Assembly: GCA_964016885.1 (NCBI GenBank)
Contig: OZ024740.1
Span: forward strand, 58,776,001-58,840,000
Source of the DNA: Eledone cirrhosa
Lineage: Eukaryota
Length of the DNA stretch: 64,000 nt
Direction of reading: 5' to 3'
The notes below the pieces were generated by a model. It was not told where the DNA came from. It searched no databases and worked only from the letters and a program-made list of their open reading frames with translations. The translations under genes and the position numbers were made by a program. Each line of letters begins with the position of its first letter. The stretch's first letter is position 1. Positions 11,201 to 25,543 of this stretch are shown in pieces.

Positions 11201-13587
11201 TTTATGACCTATTTGTAGTATGGTACAGATCTTCACATGTCCACCTGTTGAGCAGTGAGATGAAAAATTTAGTCTTTAATACAATTATATTTGGTCAGCA
11301 TTATACTGACCACTTCCTGATGTATCAGATGACTCTGTCAAACAGTATCAACTTGTTGCTTCACATTATAATGTTATTCCGGATCTCCTAAAAGCAGAAA
11401 AGGCAATCTAAACAAAGTCTGTCAAGGACCATACACATTCATCAGATTTGCTGACAACTGCTGCAGCTGGTGTTGTTTAAACTGTTTACAAGAAAGATCT
11501 TCATGGCTTAACAAAATTGTATGAGTCTTGACAACCATTCATGCAACATAATGTTGAGAACTTCTTTGGTGACCTCAGATGAATTTAAAACATATCTGGT
11601 AAATACAGTGGCTCAAACATCACTAAACAGTGTGACAGTTCTAAATATGGAGATAAATCATGTTAAAATGTCTGATGGCGAAAATATTTGACTAAGTATT
11701 TGATATTTTAGCTGAAAAGCAGAAAAACAATATTTCTTTTCAATTGTATGTTGTTTGATTTCTGCTAAATGTGCATCTTCAATTGATAAAATGACTTTTA
11801 TTAGTCATTACATTTATGTTTTTATCTGTGTAAAGCAGTGAGCAAATCAATCACCACATTACCGTACTCATGTGTGAGTGTGTATATATGACTGTTCAAT
11901 CTTCTGGGTGAGGGTATATTAATTCCTCACCAATAGAGAGAGGGCCAGTTTCGAAGAGAGAGAAGACTCTTTCATTGGAATTTTTCGACAACATGTATGT
12001 GTGTATGAGTGTGTGCATGCATATATGATGCAGTTAGATATAAGAGGCTGGACAAATGGGCCGTGCAAAAGTGATGGCTGCATCAGGACAACATCCCCAG
12101 CCCATTCCTCACAGCCAATCTAATGTTTCTTGACAAAGAAAAGCATTTATCTCATTCACTAAGCTCCCTACTTTCTAGATATAGGTCCTTCTGACATGAT
12201 AGCTGAGAAGCCATCATGGGAACTGCAATGGCCAGGCTGGAAGCCATTCTAGAAAAAGAAATTCCAGACTTCAAACTTTGAAAGGATTGCTGGGCTAAAT
12301 GTGTGAAGGCACAAGGGGCTTGCTTCATAGGGGATTGGCAATTGAACCCCAGCAAGTACATTTTCTTTTTTTTCTCAGCCTAAGGTCAGATACATTTATG
12401 TCTGTTTTCCATTTTGGCATGAGTTGGATGGGCTGGTAGTCTGACACTAAGCATGCCAGGGACCATGTTTAGCTCATATATTCAATCTTTGGTATGGTTT
12501 CTATGACTGGTTAGACTTGCTAATACCAACCCCTTTACAGAGTGCACTGGGTGAATTTTATTGTGGCATGAACACTATCACTTTACAAAATCTACTGGGT
12601 GCATTTTATTGTGACACAGACACCTATATTAGAGAGGTTGTTGTGATTTTACTAGGGTGAAAAGAGGCAGTAATAGGAGAGGGGCTGTGACATTTTGACA
12701 AGAGAAGCACTGTAGAGGGGGCAGTGGTAGCTACATATTTGTTAATGAGAGAGATAGAGAGTATGCAGAAACAAGTGTATGGTGGTGGATGATGTCAGAA
12801 ATGGTTTTGAGAAGATGGGATGATGGCTGCTCACTGAAAAGGGGTTGCAGTGGAGGAGGAAGGAAAGATTCATAAGATTGTAGGCAGGGAGAGGGATTAG
12901 ATGTATATAAGATTAAAAGTAATCCTTTTTAAATGGGTGCCACCAAGCATTGAATATGAGAGTGAGTGGGTGTGCATAGATGTTTATAGGAATAAAAGTA
13001 GCCCTTTTTAAGTGGGTAGCACCAAGCATTGAATCTGGGAGTGTGTAAGTGAGCAGTGGGCGGGGTGGTAAAAATCTGACAGATCCCAATTGATCTGAGT
13101 GAAGGTGAGTGAGAATGGTTCAGAGGAAATATAGTGGATAGGACAGTTGAAAGTGTAAGTGGATGTATACAGTGGATTAAGAGAGTTACAGGAATGTACA
13201 AAGTGTTATGCTTGCAGTTATGGATTTGTCTTATTGAGCACTGCAAGATGCCAGTCATCATGGTCCTTTGTTATGAGGGTCAATTTTCAACACAGTCACC
13301 TGGAGGTCAGTTTTAGCCATTTCATCCCATGTCTTCCTACGTTTATCTCTTCCATTCATTCCATCCCTTTTGAATGTTTGGCACTTCATACAGCAGACAT
13401 ACTCCATATGCTCCACATGTCCAAATCAACATAGCCTTCTCACTTGTAGAGTTACACTTAAATACTCTTATAGCTATTTTTTCTCTCAACTTCTCTATGC
13501 ATCCATCATGCAAGGGAGCTTGGTACTACTACCTTCGTTTGCATTATATATATATACACATGCATTTATACATAATATTCTTGAAGT

Positions 13588-13878
13588 TATGAGTTCAATT
13601 CCTGGACTGGCTGATGTGTTGTGTCCTTGAGAAAAACACTTTATTTCATGTTACTCCAGTTCACTCAGCTGTAGAAATGAGTTGTGATGTCAGCTGTGGT
13701 GCTAAGCAGTATCAGCCCTTGCCCTTCCCTTGGACAACATCAGTGGAATGGCGAATGGAGACCGGTATGCATGGGTGACTGCTGGTCTTCCACAAAACTT
13801 TGCCCAGGCTGGTGCCTTGGAGGGGTACTTTCTAGGAGTAAAAGTCAGTCATTCGTGACCGAATAGGGTCTTTACTTA
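13588..13878 (+). mobile_element. CORE-type SINE, 5'-truncated
   Basis: Colinear with 690-960. Confidence 0.8.
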
Positions 13879-14265
13879 TACACATTTATGTATATCATCA
13901 TCAACATCATCAGTGTTTCCATGTTGGCATATGTTGAATAAGACATTTTAAGCTAAAATTCTATAGCCGAATATCCTTTCTGATGAAAAAAAACCCTAAT
14001 TTCTTTTTTAAGTAAGGTATGCATGTTTAAACTGCTGAACCATAAAACTTATATTTATGTGGGTCATAAATAAATATCACTGATTGTACTAATGATATCA
14101 AATGTGAAGTGAAAATAAGAGGCAGGGACAAAGACATGCACAAACACACACATATACATATAACTCTTCTCATTTCAGCCCATCTACTGATAGAACCAAG
14201 GAAGCAAACTTATACAATATGACTCACTCCACCATCACTGTTCATATTTCACACACACACATATA

Positions 14266-14320
<55 letters not shown>

Positions 14321-15639
14321 ATGTGAGTATATATATTTATGTGTGTGTGTGTGTATATATATATATATACAAAGTATTTGTTTCCCAAATTCATTCACAT
14401 GTAACTGTATATACATAAGTATATCCCTCTCTTTCTGTGTATGTATGTGTGTGGTTGTGTTTGCATGTACTTGTGTATGTATTTATTTATATAGAGAGTG
14501 AGTGACAAAGTAGAGAAGAAAAAAATGTTTTAAACCTGCCTCAGAGTGTATAGTTGACCTGAATAATGTCTACCTACATTAACACAGAGGCCACCTCACT
14601 TAATAAATCCTTCTTTATGCTTACCCCATGCCCTGCCTTCTCCGATATAACCCAAATTGTACTTTTAAATATCAAGCATGTCTAGAACTGTTTAACTGGA
14701 ATTAAAACTCCCTACATAGAGTGGAAGATGAGATACAGTAGCACACATGTTTTAAAAACATTTTCTATTTTCTGACAGAACAAAAAATACTTTTGGTGGA
14801 TTTTTTTTTATGTACGTCTACCACCACTAGTGTTGCTGTTAGACTCAAACACTGTAAAACACACAAGGGGGAAAAAAAACACTATTGTCATAATAATATA
14901 TACAACGTATCGACCACCTGATACCACAAATTATGGCTTGTTTCAAGCAAAGCCTGCTTAATCAAAGAGAGGTATTACCCAACATTCTGCTATTGGGAGA
15001 CTTTGGTTCTTTCAACCTCATATAACTAGATCACTGATATATTTTCACTATGTAATTATGTCTGTGAACAGGTTTCAGAAGAGTGATGAAACTTTTTAAT
15101 ACATCATATTAGCTAGCACTCTTAAGAAGTGACCCAAAATGTAATGTAACAGTTTCATGTGTCTTTAAATGACTAAAATGACTCTTCCACAATGTGATTG
15201 TTTTAATTTCAATGTGCAGCTTCAGATCTATTCACTTGTCAAACAAGTACAATTCTAAAATATGTGTATTTTCTTGTATTTTTTCCTGGTTATAATGAAT
15301 GGACTGTGGCTATAATACAACATGTCATTTAGGAGAAGGCTTTTGTTAATTTTGGTGACACCAGTACTTATTTCACTGATTTAAACATTCTATATATTAT
15401 CAACTTGTTAAGTTATCATTTTGATGCAGCACACACACCTGTATACATCAGACTTCAGAACACCAAATCCCATTCACAACATACCAGTTAACCCAAGGCT
15501 TTAGTTAGCTCCCTGAAGTTCTTCTCACTCAGCTACTAACATTTTCAGAACATCCACCTCCACAGCTATGTATCATCATCATTATCACTGTAAAATGGCG
15601 ATGATGATACAGAGATAGAGGGAGAGAGAGAAAGAATCT

Positions 15640-15855
15640 ACATGTGTTTGTATGACTTCATTATCAGTGAAGTTGGATGTATTGAAAGTGTTGTAGCCAG
15701 AGTAAAAAGCAGGTGGGAGAAGTTCAAGGAGCTGCTACTTTAGCTGGCAACAAATGCCTTCCTTTAGAGTGAAAGGCAGATTATGTAATGTTTGTGTTTA
15801 AACTGCTATGCTGCATGGTAGTGAGACAAGGCCTTGAGTACAGAAGATTTTCAGT
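15640..15855 (+). mobile_element. Degraded RTE LINE fragment, continuing at about 16195-16340 after a SINE insertion
   Basis: Encodes ARVK..WEKFKELL...TAMLHGSET. Confidence 0.65.
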
Positions 15856-15859
15856 AACT

Positions 15860-16192
15860 TTAAAGGGTAAAGAGCCTCTTCGGTGACGAATGACCATTGG
15901 ATTTGCACCTAGAAAATTTCCCTCCAAGGTACAAGTCCAGGCACGGTTGTTTGTGGAAGACAGCAGTCACCCATGCATACCATCCTCCCCTTTCCACACC
16001 ACTGATGTTGTCCAACAGAAAAGGTAATGGCCGATACTGCTTGGCACCAGTGACATCGCAACTCATTTCTACAGCTGAGTAAACTGGAGCAAAGTGTCTT
16101 GCTCAAGGATACACCACATCACCTGGTGTGAGAATTAAACTCTCAACCTCCCGATTGCAAGCCCAATACTCTAACCACTAAGCCACGTCATT
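15860..16192 (-). mobile_element. CORE-type SINE, full length
   Basis: Reverse complement of the 642-960 family, inserted in an RTE relic. Confidence 0.8.
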
Positions 16193-16358
16193 CACTAACA
16201 AGAAATGAAGTCTGCATGATTCACTAGATGTGTAACATTAGCGCACCTGAATGACAGCGCAAGTAAACTGAGAAAAAAGCTGAGTATAAGAGGAATTGAA
16301 TGTAACATGCAAAAGGGATAATTGGGCTGGTATGGTCATAATAATAATTTATATGCAT

Positions 16359-16418
<60 letters not shown>

Positions 16419-16650
16419 TAAAAATATCAAGCAAAGGAAATAACTTTTACAATCTCAGCTAATCCAACATCTTTGTAAGGTGAATCTTATCTTTATAAGT
16501 GAATCTTATCTTTATAGCTAAGTGACTATCTCTCTCTGGTTTACTGTTTTTAAATTTGAACAAATATCAAAGGAGTTTTTGTTTCTCAATTGCATGGGAA
16601 TTACTGTTGATTGAAGTCTTTCCATTCGCTACATTAATTATATGAGACTT

Positions 16651-16686
<36 letters not shown>

Positions 16687-16884
16687 TCATCATCTCCATT
16701 TCCATGCTAGCATGGGTTAGACAAGTTGCCCTATTGTGAGACAAGCCAGATCTGATGACCATGACTTGCTCATACAGGACTGCTTTTTGTTTGGTTTCTA
16801 CATCTGGATGCCCTCTCTAACACCAACCACATTTACAGTGTGTGTTGGGTGCTTGTCATGATACCTACACGATCACTTTATATA

Positions 16885-18179
16885 CAGGGTGCGGATGATA
16901 TTTGTTCGCAAGATTACTGTCTAGGAAAAAATAACACAGTAGTTTTATTTTTTAAGATTTATTTATCAAACTTGGGTCAGTTTGTCTTCATGACTTGTTC
17001 TTTCGATCTCATTCGATAAACCCGCCATTGGCTTTGATTACAGCCTCAAGGCGGCCTCAAAACCGGCTACAGGCCTTCGTCACTGTCCCCCGACTTAGGC
17101 CCCTAAAGGCACTTGTGATCCTGGCCTTCAGATCATCTTTCGTATTGCAGCTAGATCTGTTAGTGTCTCGTTCCACTGTGCCCCACACACAGAAGTCAAG
17201 GGGGTTGCAGTCAGATGGGCTGGGAGGCCAGATGTCAGGTGAAGTGTGGTCGACGAAGTTCTCTGACAGCCAGGTTTGGGTCTTTCGGCTGGTATGGCAG
17301 GGCGCTAAGTCTTGTTGCCCACGTACGGCCTACCTGCAGCTACCTGGTCGATCCAGGGCTTTACTACCTTGCTCAGAACGCGAATGTAGCCATCGGTATT
17401 CAGCTTGAGGCCCTCAGGGAAGAAGTGGTGTGGTATGACGTCACCTTGACTGCTGACGACACCTAAGACCAATGTTGTCGCTGGTCTACATGACTCTGGA
17501 CATGTCTTTGGATGAGACAGCGAGCCACCTGTTGTTCTGGGAGTTGATCTGGTCTTGGCAGAAGTTTTTCTCGTCGGAGAAAAACCACAGCATGTCTGGC
17601 TCCAGTGGGTGTTTTAACTTGTTGATCAGCTTCTTTGCGTGCTTCAGTCGCTTTTCTTGCATCGCCTTTGACAGAAATTGTCCTTTCCTCATCTTGTATG
17701 AAATGTAGCGAATGTCTTCATGTACCACCAGCCTAATGAGCTTTTCATCCACGCCTGTCTCCCTTGCAATGGCACGCATCGACTTGCTAGGTTCATTGTT
17801 GATGATATCCTGAACTTCAGCGACGAACTCAAGCGTTCTGAAGGCGTCAGATCGTCGATCATGTGTTTTCCTCTCTGATGTTGCTTCGTAGTCGAATCCT
17901 GAATCTTCCAATTCCTTTCTGACCTTTTCCACCATTCTCCTGCTGACGATGAGAAAGTCTGAAATTTCCTTATTTGTCCTCCTGGCGCGGATTCCAAGAA
18001 GAACTCTGTGTCTCTTCCACAAATTTGGAGGTTCAAAATTATTCATAATCAATTATTCTGAAAATAAATAATGGAAATATAGTCACTGTTTTTATGAAGA
18101 CAAGAGTGACAACTGAAGTAAAAAAAATTTGCATAAAATTAGCAGTTGAAAATTGCGAACAAATATCGTCCACACCCTG
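16885..18179 (-). mobile_element. maT (DD37D) Tc1/mariner transposon
   Basis: TIRs CAGGGTGCGGATGATATTTGTTCGCAA / TTGCGAACAAATATCGTCCACACCCTG with TA flanks. Confidence 0.9.
17009..18052 (-). pseudogene. DD37D transposase, disrupted near 17486
   Basis: WFFSDEKNF, QQDLAPCHT and WPPSPSDCNPLDFCVW. 37 residues lie between the second and third Asp. Confidence 0.85.
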
Positions 18180-18549
18180 TATACACACATGCACACTTAT
18201 TTTTATCTTGAACACAGTAAAAACCTCCCAATCCACACTGTAAATGTGGTTGGTGTTAGGAAGGGCATCCAGCTATAGAAAACATGCCAGTCAGTCCTAT
18301 ACAAGCGAGACGACCAATCTTGCCTCAAGTGGGACAATTCCCATCTAAACCCATGCTAGCGTGGAAGATAGTCGTTAAACAATGATGATGATGATGATAT
18401 ATACATATGCAACTACATAACACACAAAATATACATATATGTATGTATACAAATCTATTTCTATCTCTCTCTATATATATATATATATGTGTGTGTGTAC
18501 ACACAATGTATTATCAGATTGTATTTCTTGCATGTATGTTTATATATGG

Positions 18550-18588
<39 letters not shown>

Positions 18589-18589
18589 T

Positions 18590-18634
<45 letters not shown>

Positions 18635-19626
18635 TCTGTGTGTGTGTGTAGATATAAATTTCAGTTTATAAGACTCATGAATATTGGTGATATTGTTATC
18701 TTCTTCAACAGAATTTCTATTTATTTTTTTACATACCATTCCATTGTAAATTTCTCAAAAGATATACTATTTTCTATAGATAGTTTTAGGGGAAGTTTAT
18801 CAGAATTATAAAATCAAAAAGTTAATTCATTCTAGGATTCTATGACATTTTTGTATTAGTGAACTATGAGATAATAATTTTAAAAAAACCAAAATACCCC
18901 CCAAAAACCTCTTAACTTCATTTTTATTTTATCTTTATATTTACACTATATATTAATAGTTTTGTACTGCAATGATCTTATGTTATTACAAATGAAAATA
19001 GTGTAATTTGCTTATGTCCCACATAATGTGTTGGCAATAGTGTAAGGGATGATGTCAATATAAACACTAGCATAAAACAAAATAGCTGAGATATAGTCAA
19101 TTATTTTGAAACCAACAAGTATGATGCAATGAATCAATATAGAAAAGAATATATAGTTGAATCCATAAAAGTTGAAAATTCAAAAACAGAAAAAGCAATG
19201 CAGGTGAAGAATAATGTGTAATGGTGTACGCTTTCATTAGTGTGAAAAGAGAAATGCTTATGTGCATATATAATGGAGATGAAATGAAAAGCCCTTAGCA
19301 CTATTTGAGACTCTCTGTGTTATTTTGCATAGCTTTGTGAGGGTTATAAAGGGCAGAATTTGTTTTGAGTTTATCAGAGATGCACTTAGAAATGAAAGAA
19401 CCATTTTAAATCCACCAACCCAAGGCAATTTAGTGATATTTATCAATAACTACCTTCTCAAGTGTATACATATATTATAAACACACACATACACATATAT
19501 GTAAACAGACATACATTTTCAAAAGTTCTGGTGGCAAAAGGTGTATGTACATATATTATATATATATATGTGTGTGTGTTGGGTGTATAAATGAAACAAA
19601 ATAAAACACAGGGAGCAAAATTACAG

Positions 19627-19667
<41 letters not shown>

Positions 19668-19847
19668 GCAAAGGTAAAACTATATATACAAGGTTCAAAG
19701 GAATGTAGAAAATTATATATGAGAGTATATATTTTCCAATACACATATATATGTAGCCATCATCAGCATCACCATTTAACTTCCATTTTCCATGCTAAAT
19801 TCTACAGGACTAGAAATGTTTCATTCATATGAAATCATCTCTCTCTT

Positions 19848-19932
<85 letters not shown>

Positions 19933-20677
19933 AGAAGAGGAAGAGCGCATTATTGAATTTTTCATTAATTAAAAGCAGAAATTCAGAAAATTTCTCGTTC
20001 AGAAGGGAAATACATAGAGTGCTGACATTTAAGTTTTGAGCACAGAAAACTGACAAAATATTACATGTATTTTTCAAAGAAATCACTTTGTGATGCAATT
20101 TTATTTGAAAATATTCTCTGTAAATGTGACCAGAACTGAATAAATCAAGTTTTTGTTTTGTTTTGTTTTGTTTTTTTCTATATTAAATCATCAAGTGAGA
20201 TTTTTAAATGTTGTCTTTGAGGCTAATATTTAGGAACTTTACCTTTATTTTTCCATTTGTAATAAAACTAAAGCTGCTAGAGAGGTGATTGCCTTTGACT
20301 ATGTCTTCAAGCACTTGATCACTGCATTGTATGACAACATTTACTCAGTGGGCTAGGTGAACATTCCCAATTATCTTCCATATATGAAGTTTAAAGGTCA
20401 TAGCTGGATTTCTTCTTCTTTGATAAATCATTATCATCATTTATCAGCATTTAAAGTAGGAGGTAAAAGGAATCCTGCCTGCAAGTAAATTTTGGAATGT
20501 TTGGAGTGGATGATTGTTCATGTTTTCTGTTTTTTTTATGGAAGCTTGCATAGTGAAATTACATTCCCATAGTGTACAGAACATGCAGGATGGTACCTGT
20601 ATTGATTCACTCTGACTCATGCCACTCTTGAGTTCTTTTCTTCAGAGATCTAATTATATGTTTATTCACTTATTATT

Positions 20678-20767
<90 letters not shown>

Positions 20768-20770
<3 letters not shown>

Positions 20771-21460
20771 AGTATGTATGTATGTATACGTACATACATA
20801 TATGTATACAGACGCACAGTAGATTGTATATATATACATACATGCACACATATATATATGCACGTATCGGTTTACCAAACATTTATTATAATGCTCGGTT
20901 TGTATACATATATGTACGTCTGTATACATATATGTATGTACGTATACATACATATTTACATTTAAGTAAGTGCCGTACTAAGAGTGAGAAATGAAATTTT
21001 GTTTCATTCTATTCCATTTATCGTTTTCGGTGCGCCCGGCCGACTAACTCACTCGATATGCAAGTTAGGCTGCTCAGCCGTTAATATGCATAAGGAAAGT
21101 ATATACTTTCAGACGTTCAACCATCTGGCAGGAAGGTATACAATGCTGACGATAGCTAATAAGCTTGAAACTAGTACATCGTTCCTGTGTCAGTGTTGAA
21201 CAAAAAGGTGACGTTGTTGCCTAAACACTCTTTACGGCGTAATTTGGGCTGTTTATTTGTTTACAAACAAACAAACAGAGCATTATAATAAATGTTCGGT
21301 AAACCGATACGTGCATATATATATGTGTGCATGTATGTATATACATACTACTGTACGTCTGTATACATATATGTATGTACGTATACATACATACTTACAT
21401 TTAAGTAACTGCCGTACTAAGAGTGAGAAATGAAATTTCGTTTCATTCTATTCCATTTAT
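20768..21460 (+). mobile_element. PLE-like terminal repeat complex: inverted repeat 20768-20897/21278-21398 and direct repeat about 20912-21020/21353-21460
   Basis: Visible inverted and tandem partial copies around a hammerhead, adjacent to (TA)n. Second copy at 56940-57290. Confidence 0.75.
21141..21181 (+). ncRNA. Minimal hammerhead ribozyme (family C)
   Basis: CAATG-CTGACGA-TAGCTAATAAGCTT-GAAA-CTAG-TA-CATCG. Palindromic stem III CTAG, GUA triplet. Confidence 0.7.
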
Positions 21461-21489
21461 ATATGTGTGTATCTGTCTGTCTGTGCAAG

Positions 21490-22560
21490 TTAAAATCCAG
21501 AGTAACTCTCTATAGCAACCTGTCTGCCTCATGCAGTTCCAATCTATTATTTGTTTTTTTGGTCTTTCCCGGCTGATGATAATGGCCTCTTTGATTCTTA
21601 AATTGCCTATATTCCTTTCTGTCACCTCTATGGTGACCTCAATGTTTTGACTTCAACATCTGTCAAGATATTTTTTAGCAGAAGCTCTCATTGTTATGTA
21701 CTTCTTAATTCATATCTGCAGCATATGGGTAGTACTTCTGATATATAAGGAGCTACATTTTTGCATGTGTAGAGGGAAACTATGTTTAAACTAAACAGGT
21801 ATCTATTCTATCCAAGTGAGGTGGAGTTAAGTTCTTTTAGTCTGTTGATTACTTCTTGTGATCTGTCTGTGTACAGGGAAAGTGTGAAGAAGAGGTTTAA
21901 GAAGTCTGGAGAGGAGTCACGAAATTTTGTAGAAAAGACTGCTTATGCCAGAAACAATGGGTCTAATTTTTAACTTAGTTCCTGTTTTGTGTGCTTTAGT
22001 AAAAAAAAGAGCTACCCTATGTCCCTCACCAAACACCCCAATGTCATGGCAGCAACTCTTAAAAGAACAAGGAAGACATGCACCCCCAGAGATAACATAT
22101 GCACCTAAAGTTGCCATCAGACAAGCCATCCATAGGGAGGGACTGAATATATTATGGTGCACTCAGCAGTCCCAATGAGGAGACTGCTCCACTGACACCA
22201 ACCCACATACAACAACATGTGTACACTTCCTAATTGTTCCATCAACAATGTAGAAGTGTGCATGAGAGCGTATGTGGTCTGTAAGATCACATGCAAAAAT
22301 TGTAGCTCCTCGTACATTGGAAGTACCATCTGGATGCTGCACATATGGATCAAAGGACACATGATAATGAGAGCGTCTGTTAAAAAACATTTTGACAGAT
22401 GCTGCAGCCAAGATATTGAGGTCACCATAGAGGCGACAGAAAGGTTTATAGGCAATTTAAGAATCAAAAAGGCCATTATCATCAGAAAGGAAAGCAAAAA
22501 ATAAATAATAGATTGGAAATGCATAAGGCAGACTGGTTGCTATAGCGATTTGATGCATGT
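21490..22560. pseudogene. Rearranged Penelope-like relic: RT fragment (minus, about 21770-22030) and GIY-YIG in both orientations (minus 21490-21768; plus about 22100-22560)
   Basis: KAHKTGTKLKIRPIVSG (PLE RT), and CTLPNC...VVCKITCKNCSSSYIGST...LRIKKAIII (GIY-YIG). Confidence 0.8.
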
Positions 22561-22749
22561 GTATTTCAGACAAGTAGGCCAGTTAAGGAGAAAAACACAC
22601 CAATCATTCATCTTGCTTTGAACAGTTTCAGTCCCACATTTGAAAACAGGGTTATAGCCCTGACACATCATGTTGAAATACACTGGGTAAAACATTACTT
22701 TGTTCTGTTTTATTAGTCATCATTTACCCGTTGTATTTTTCTACTGTGT

Positions 22750-23072
22750 TGTCATGACAAAAAGCACCCAGTCCACACTGTAAAGTGATCGTGTAGGTGA
22801 CACAAAAAGTACTCAGTCCACACTGTAGAGTGGTCGTGTGGGTGTCACATAAAAAATCACCCAGTCCACACTGTAAAGTGGTTGTGTACGCCTCACGACA
22901 AAAAGCACCCTATACTGTAAATGTGGTTGGCATTAGGAAAGGCATCCAGCTGTAGAAACCAAGCCAAAATCAATTCTGTATGAGCAAGAGGTGGTCACCT
23001 GACCTAGGATTGCCCACAACAGGACAACTCGTCTAACCTATGCTTGGGTGGAAAAAACGTCAAACTGATGAT
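22750..23072 (+). mobile_element. RTE 3' tail fragment with several 48-bp units
   Basis: Repeated AAAAAGCACCCAGTCCACACTGTAAAGTG followed by the tail ending TGATGA. Confidence 0.75.
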
Positions 23073-23311
23073 TATAATATAATAATGAAATTATTGTGTA
23101 AAGTGCTCAGGTGCACCACAACTTGCCAAAGGTGCATGCATAGTACATAGAACAATATACAAATGTCAGGGAAGTGAACAGTGCATGAGTCATGATATAC
23201 ATGTGTGTATGATGAGGATGTACCATCTTTTTAAAAATTATTGGTCTTTTATTATATATCATCATCATCGTTTAATGTCTATCTTCCATGCAAGCATGGG
23301 TTATATATATA

Positions 23312-23650
23312 TGGAGGCACATGGCTTAGTGGTTAGAGCATTGGGCTTGCAATCGAAAGGTTGTGAGTTTAATTCTCAGACTGGGTGATGTGTTGTTGTG
23401 TCCTTGAGCAAGACACTTTATTTCACATTGCTCCAGTTTACTCAGCTGTAGAAATGAGAAGATAGGGACTGGGATCCCTATCATTCCACTGCAAAGTGGT
23501 CGTGGAGGTGCCACGGCAAAAAAGCACCCATCACTCACTGTAAATGAGGTTGGTGTTAGGAAGGCATCCAGCTGTACAAATCAAGCCAGAATCAGTTCCC
23601 GTCCCACCCTTGCAAGCAGGGAAAAGCGGACGTAAAATGATGATGATGAT
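23312..23650 (+). mobile_element. CORE-type SINE with RTE-derived 3' tail
   Basis: Same head and CORE as 642, then the RTE tail and (TGA)n. Copies at 34088, 37190 and 54045. Confidence 0.85.
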
Positions 23651-23689
23651 TATATATATATATGAGGAATCTTTAATTTTCAAGTATAA

Positions 23690-25050
23690 AGTTTAGTCAT
23701 TCATTATCTTTATGAGGCTTATCAGACATAAATTGGATCTTTTGGTGGTTTGTTATGAGTATAGAGTATCTTCCTAGAAGGTAGTGTTGACATTTAGATA
23801 AGCCTTTGTATCAGCAATTGTATTAGTTTCCTTCTCAATAGAAGGATACAACAATTCACTCAAGGAAAAGGTGTGAGAAAAGAGAGTGCTAGGTTGCACT
23901 GCTCATGATAGTATTGCATCAAGAGGAGTATCTCACTCTTTGTTCTCAACTGTAAGTGAGATGATATTATCTTTGTAATGGAGGTAAGCATTTTTTATGT
24001 TAGCTTTAGTGATTTTAAAGGTGCTAACAGCTTCTTCAGAAATTGGGAAATGATACATTTCATTAAGTGTCTTACTTTAGCTGAAAAATATGTCACCTAT
24101 TTACTGCAATAGACTAGCAACAAAATAATGTTTTTAAGTTCCTATTTAGATGTAGGAATTTTAGGGCGTTTCAGTAAAAACAGCCTATTAGGATGAGGAG
24201 TTATTCTATGGCCTTAAATACACTACCCAAGGAATTCTATGCTTGTTTTACTAAAAGTACCTTATCTTTTGTGAGATAGTTTTAGATCTTTGGTACATGA
24301 CAGACATATCTTTAGATTTCTGTTGGGAACTTCCTTAGTGGTACTACATTCGATGTGTTATCTAAATGCATATATATAGATTTAAGGTTACTCAGTTTTA
24401 GTTTGACTCATCACACATTAAAAATATGCCTCAGCATTTCTTTGTCAAAATGAGTCTTAGATACTTGTACAAATTATCGTAAGGCTTGAAAAGCAGTGTA
24501 AGAATGGTTTTTAATCACTAGTGGCATTTGATAAAGGGCATGTTTCATGCTGATCTTGCTAAAATATGAAGGTTGCCACATTGTATGTATTAACTCATCT
24601 ATGGTTAGACACTGGGAGAGTATCAAAATGAGTATGAATGTTGATTGTGATTGAGAAATCAATGACAGGTCACTTTTTTTTTGGGGGGGGGGGGGGGTAT
24701 TATGAGGGGGTGTATTCTGTTATTATGACTTGAGCTTTCTATAGTATGTTACTAGGTTCCATGATTCCTTCTTTGAGTAAGTAATTTTTTCATTGCCTTG
24801 AGAATTTACAAATGCCAGAGAGTATGTTTGAATAGGACTAGATTTTATATTTGGAGTTAAATTAGTGATATTTTGAATCTTTAGGCATGCAAAGTTTGAC
24901 AACAATAGAGGGGCTTCCAAGCCATTAAATTTAAATGACACAGAAGAATGTTGGTACATTAAATTCTGCCCCAGTATTATGAGATTTGATATAACTAACA
25001 ACAGCTGTTGTTTGTACAATTTTGTTTTTCATATCTAATATCAATTTCAC
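23690..25050 (-). pseudogene. Highly degraded Gypsy/Ty3 pol (RT-RNase H)
   Basis: ISMKHALYQMPL...YTAFQA (compare IDLKSAYHQIPL...TAF), FPISEEAVSTF, YPSIEKE, QHYLLGR. Confidence 0.6.
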
Positions 25051-25543
25051 ATATTTCCATAATTTGGGATCTCAGCTGATTTGATGTCATCGTAATGTTG
25101 CCTCTGAATGGTTTAATGACTAAACCATTCTACATATCAATATCAGCTTTGATAAAACTGTCAGTTCTTTCACTGTCAACTTAAGCTTGCATTCACTGAT
25201 TATTAATTACAATAATAATAATAATGAGTGCGGGAAACAAAGGATGTTCCAATAAAGCAAAAGAACATAATGAAGTTGAAAAAAATTAATGCATTAGAGA
25301 TTAGTTTACCTGGTTTATAATGGCATCTTGTTTACACACCTGAAAAAAGTTGCCTTTCTCTCTCTCTTTCTCTTGTGACATTTTCTGTACATTTTCTGTG
25401 GTATTATCATGTCTAATCAATCCATAACTGGAGGAATTTACCATTGGCTCCAGCAAAACTCATGGACCAGTCAACTTTGCTACATTTATGAAGTCATCCC
25501 ATCAGTAAATATTTGTTATTTTTATAATTACAAAATTGATTCT

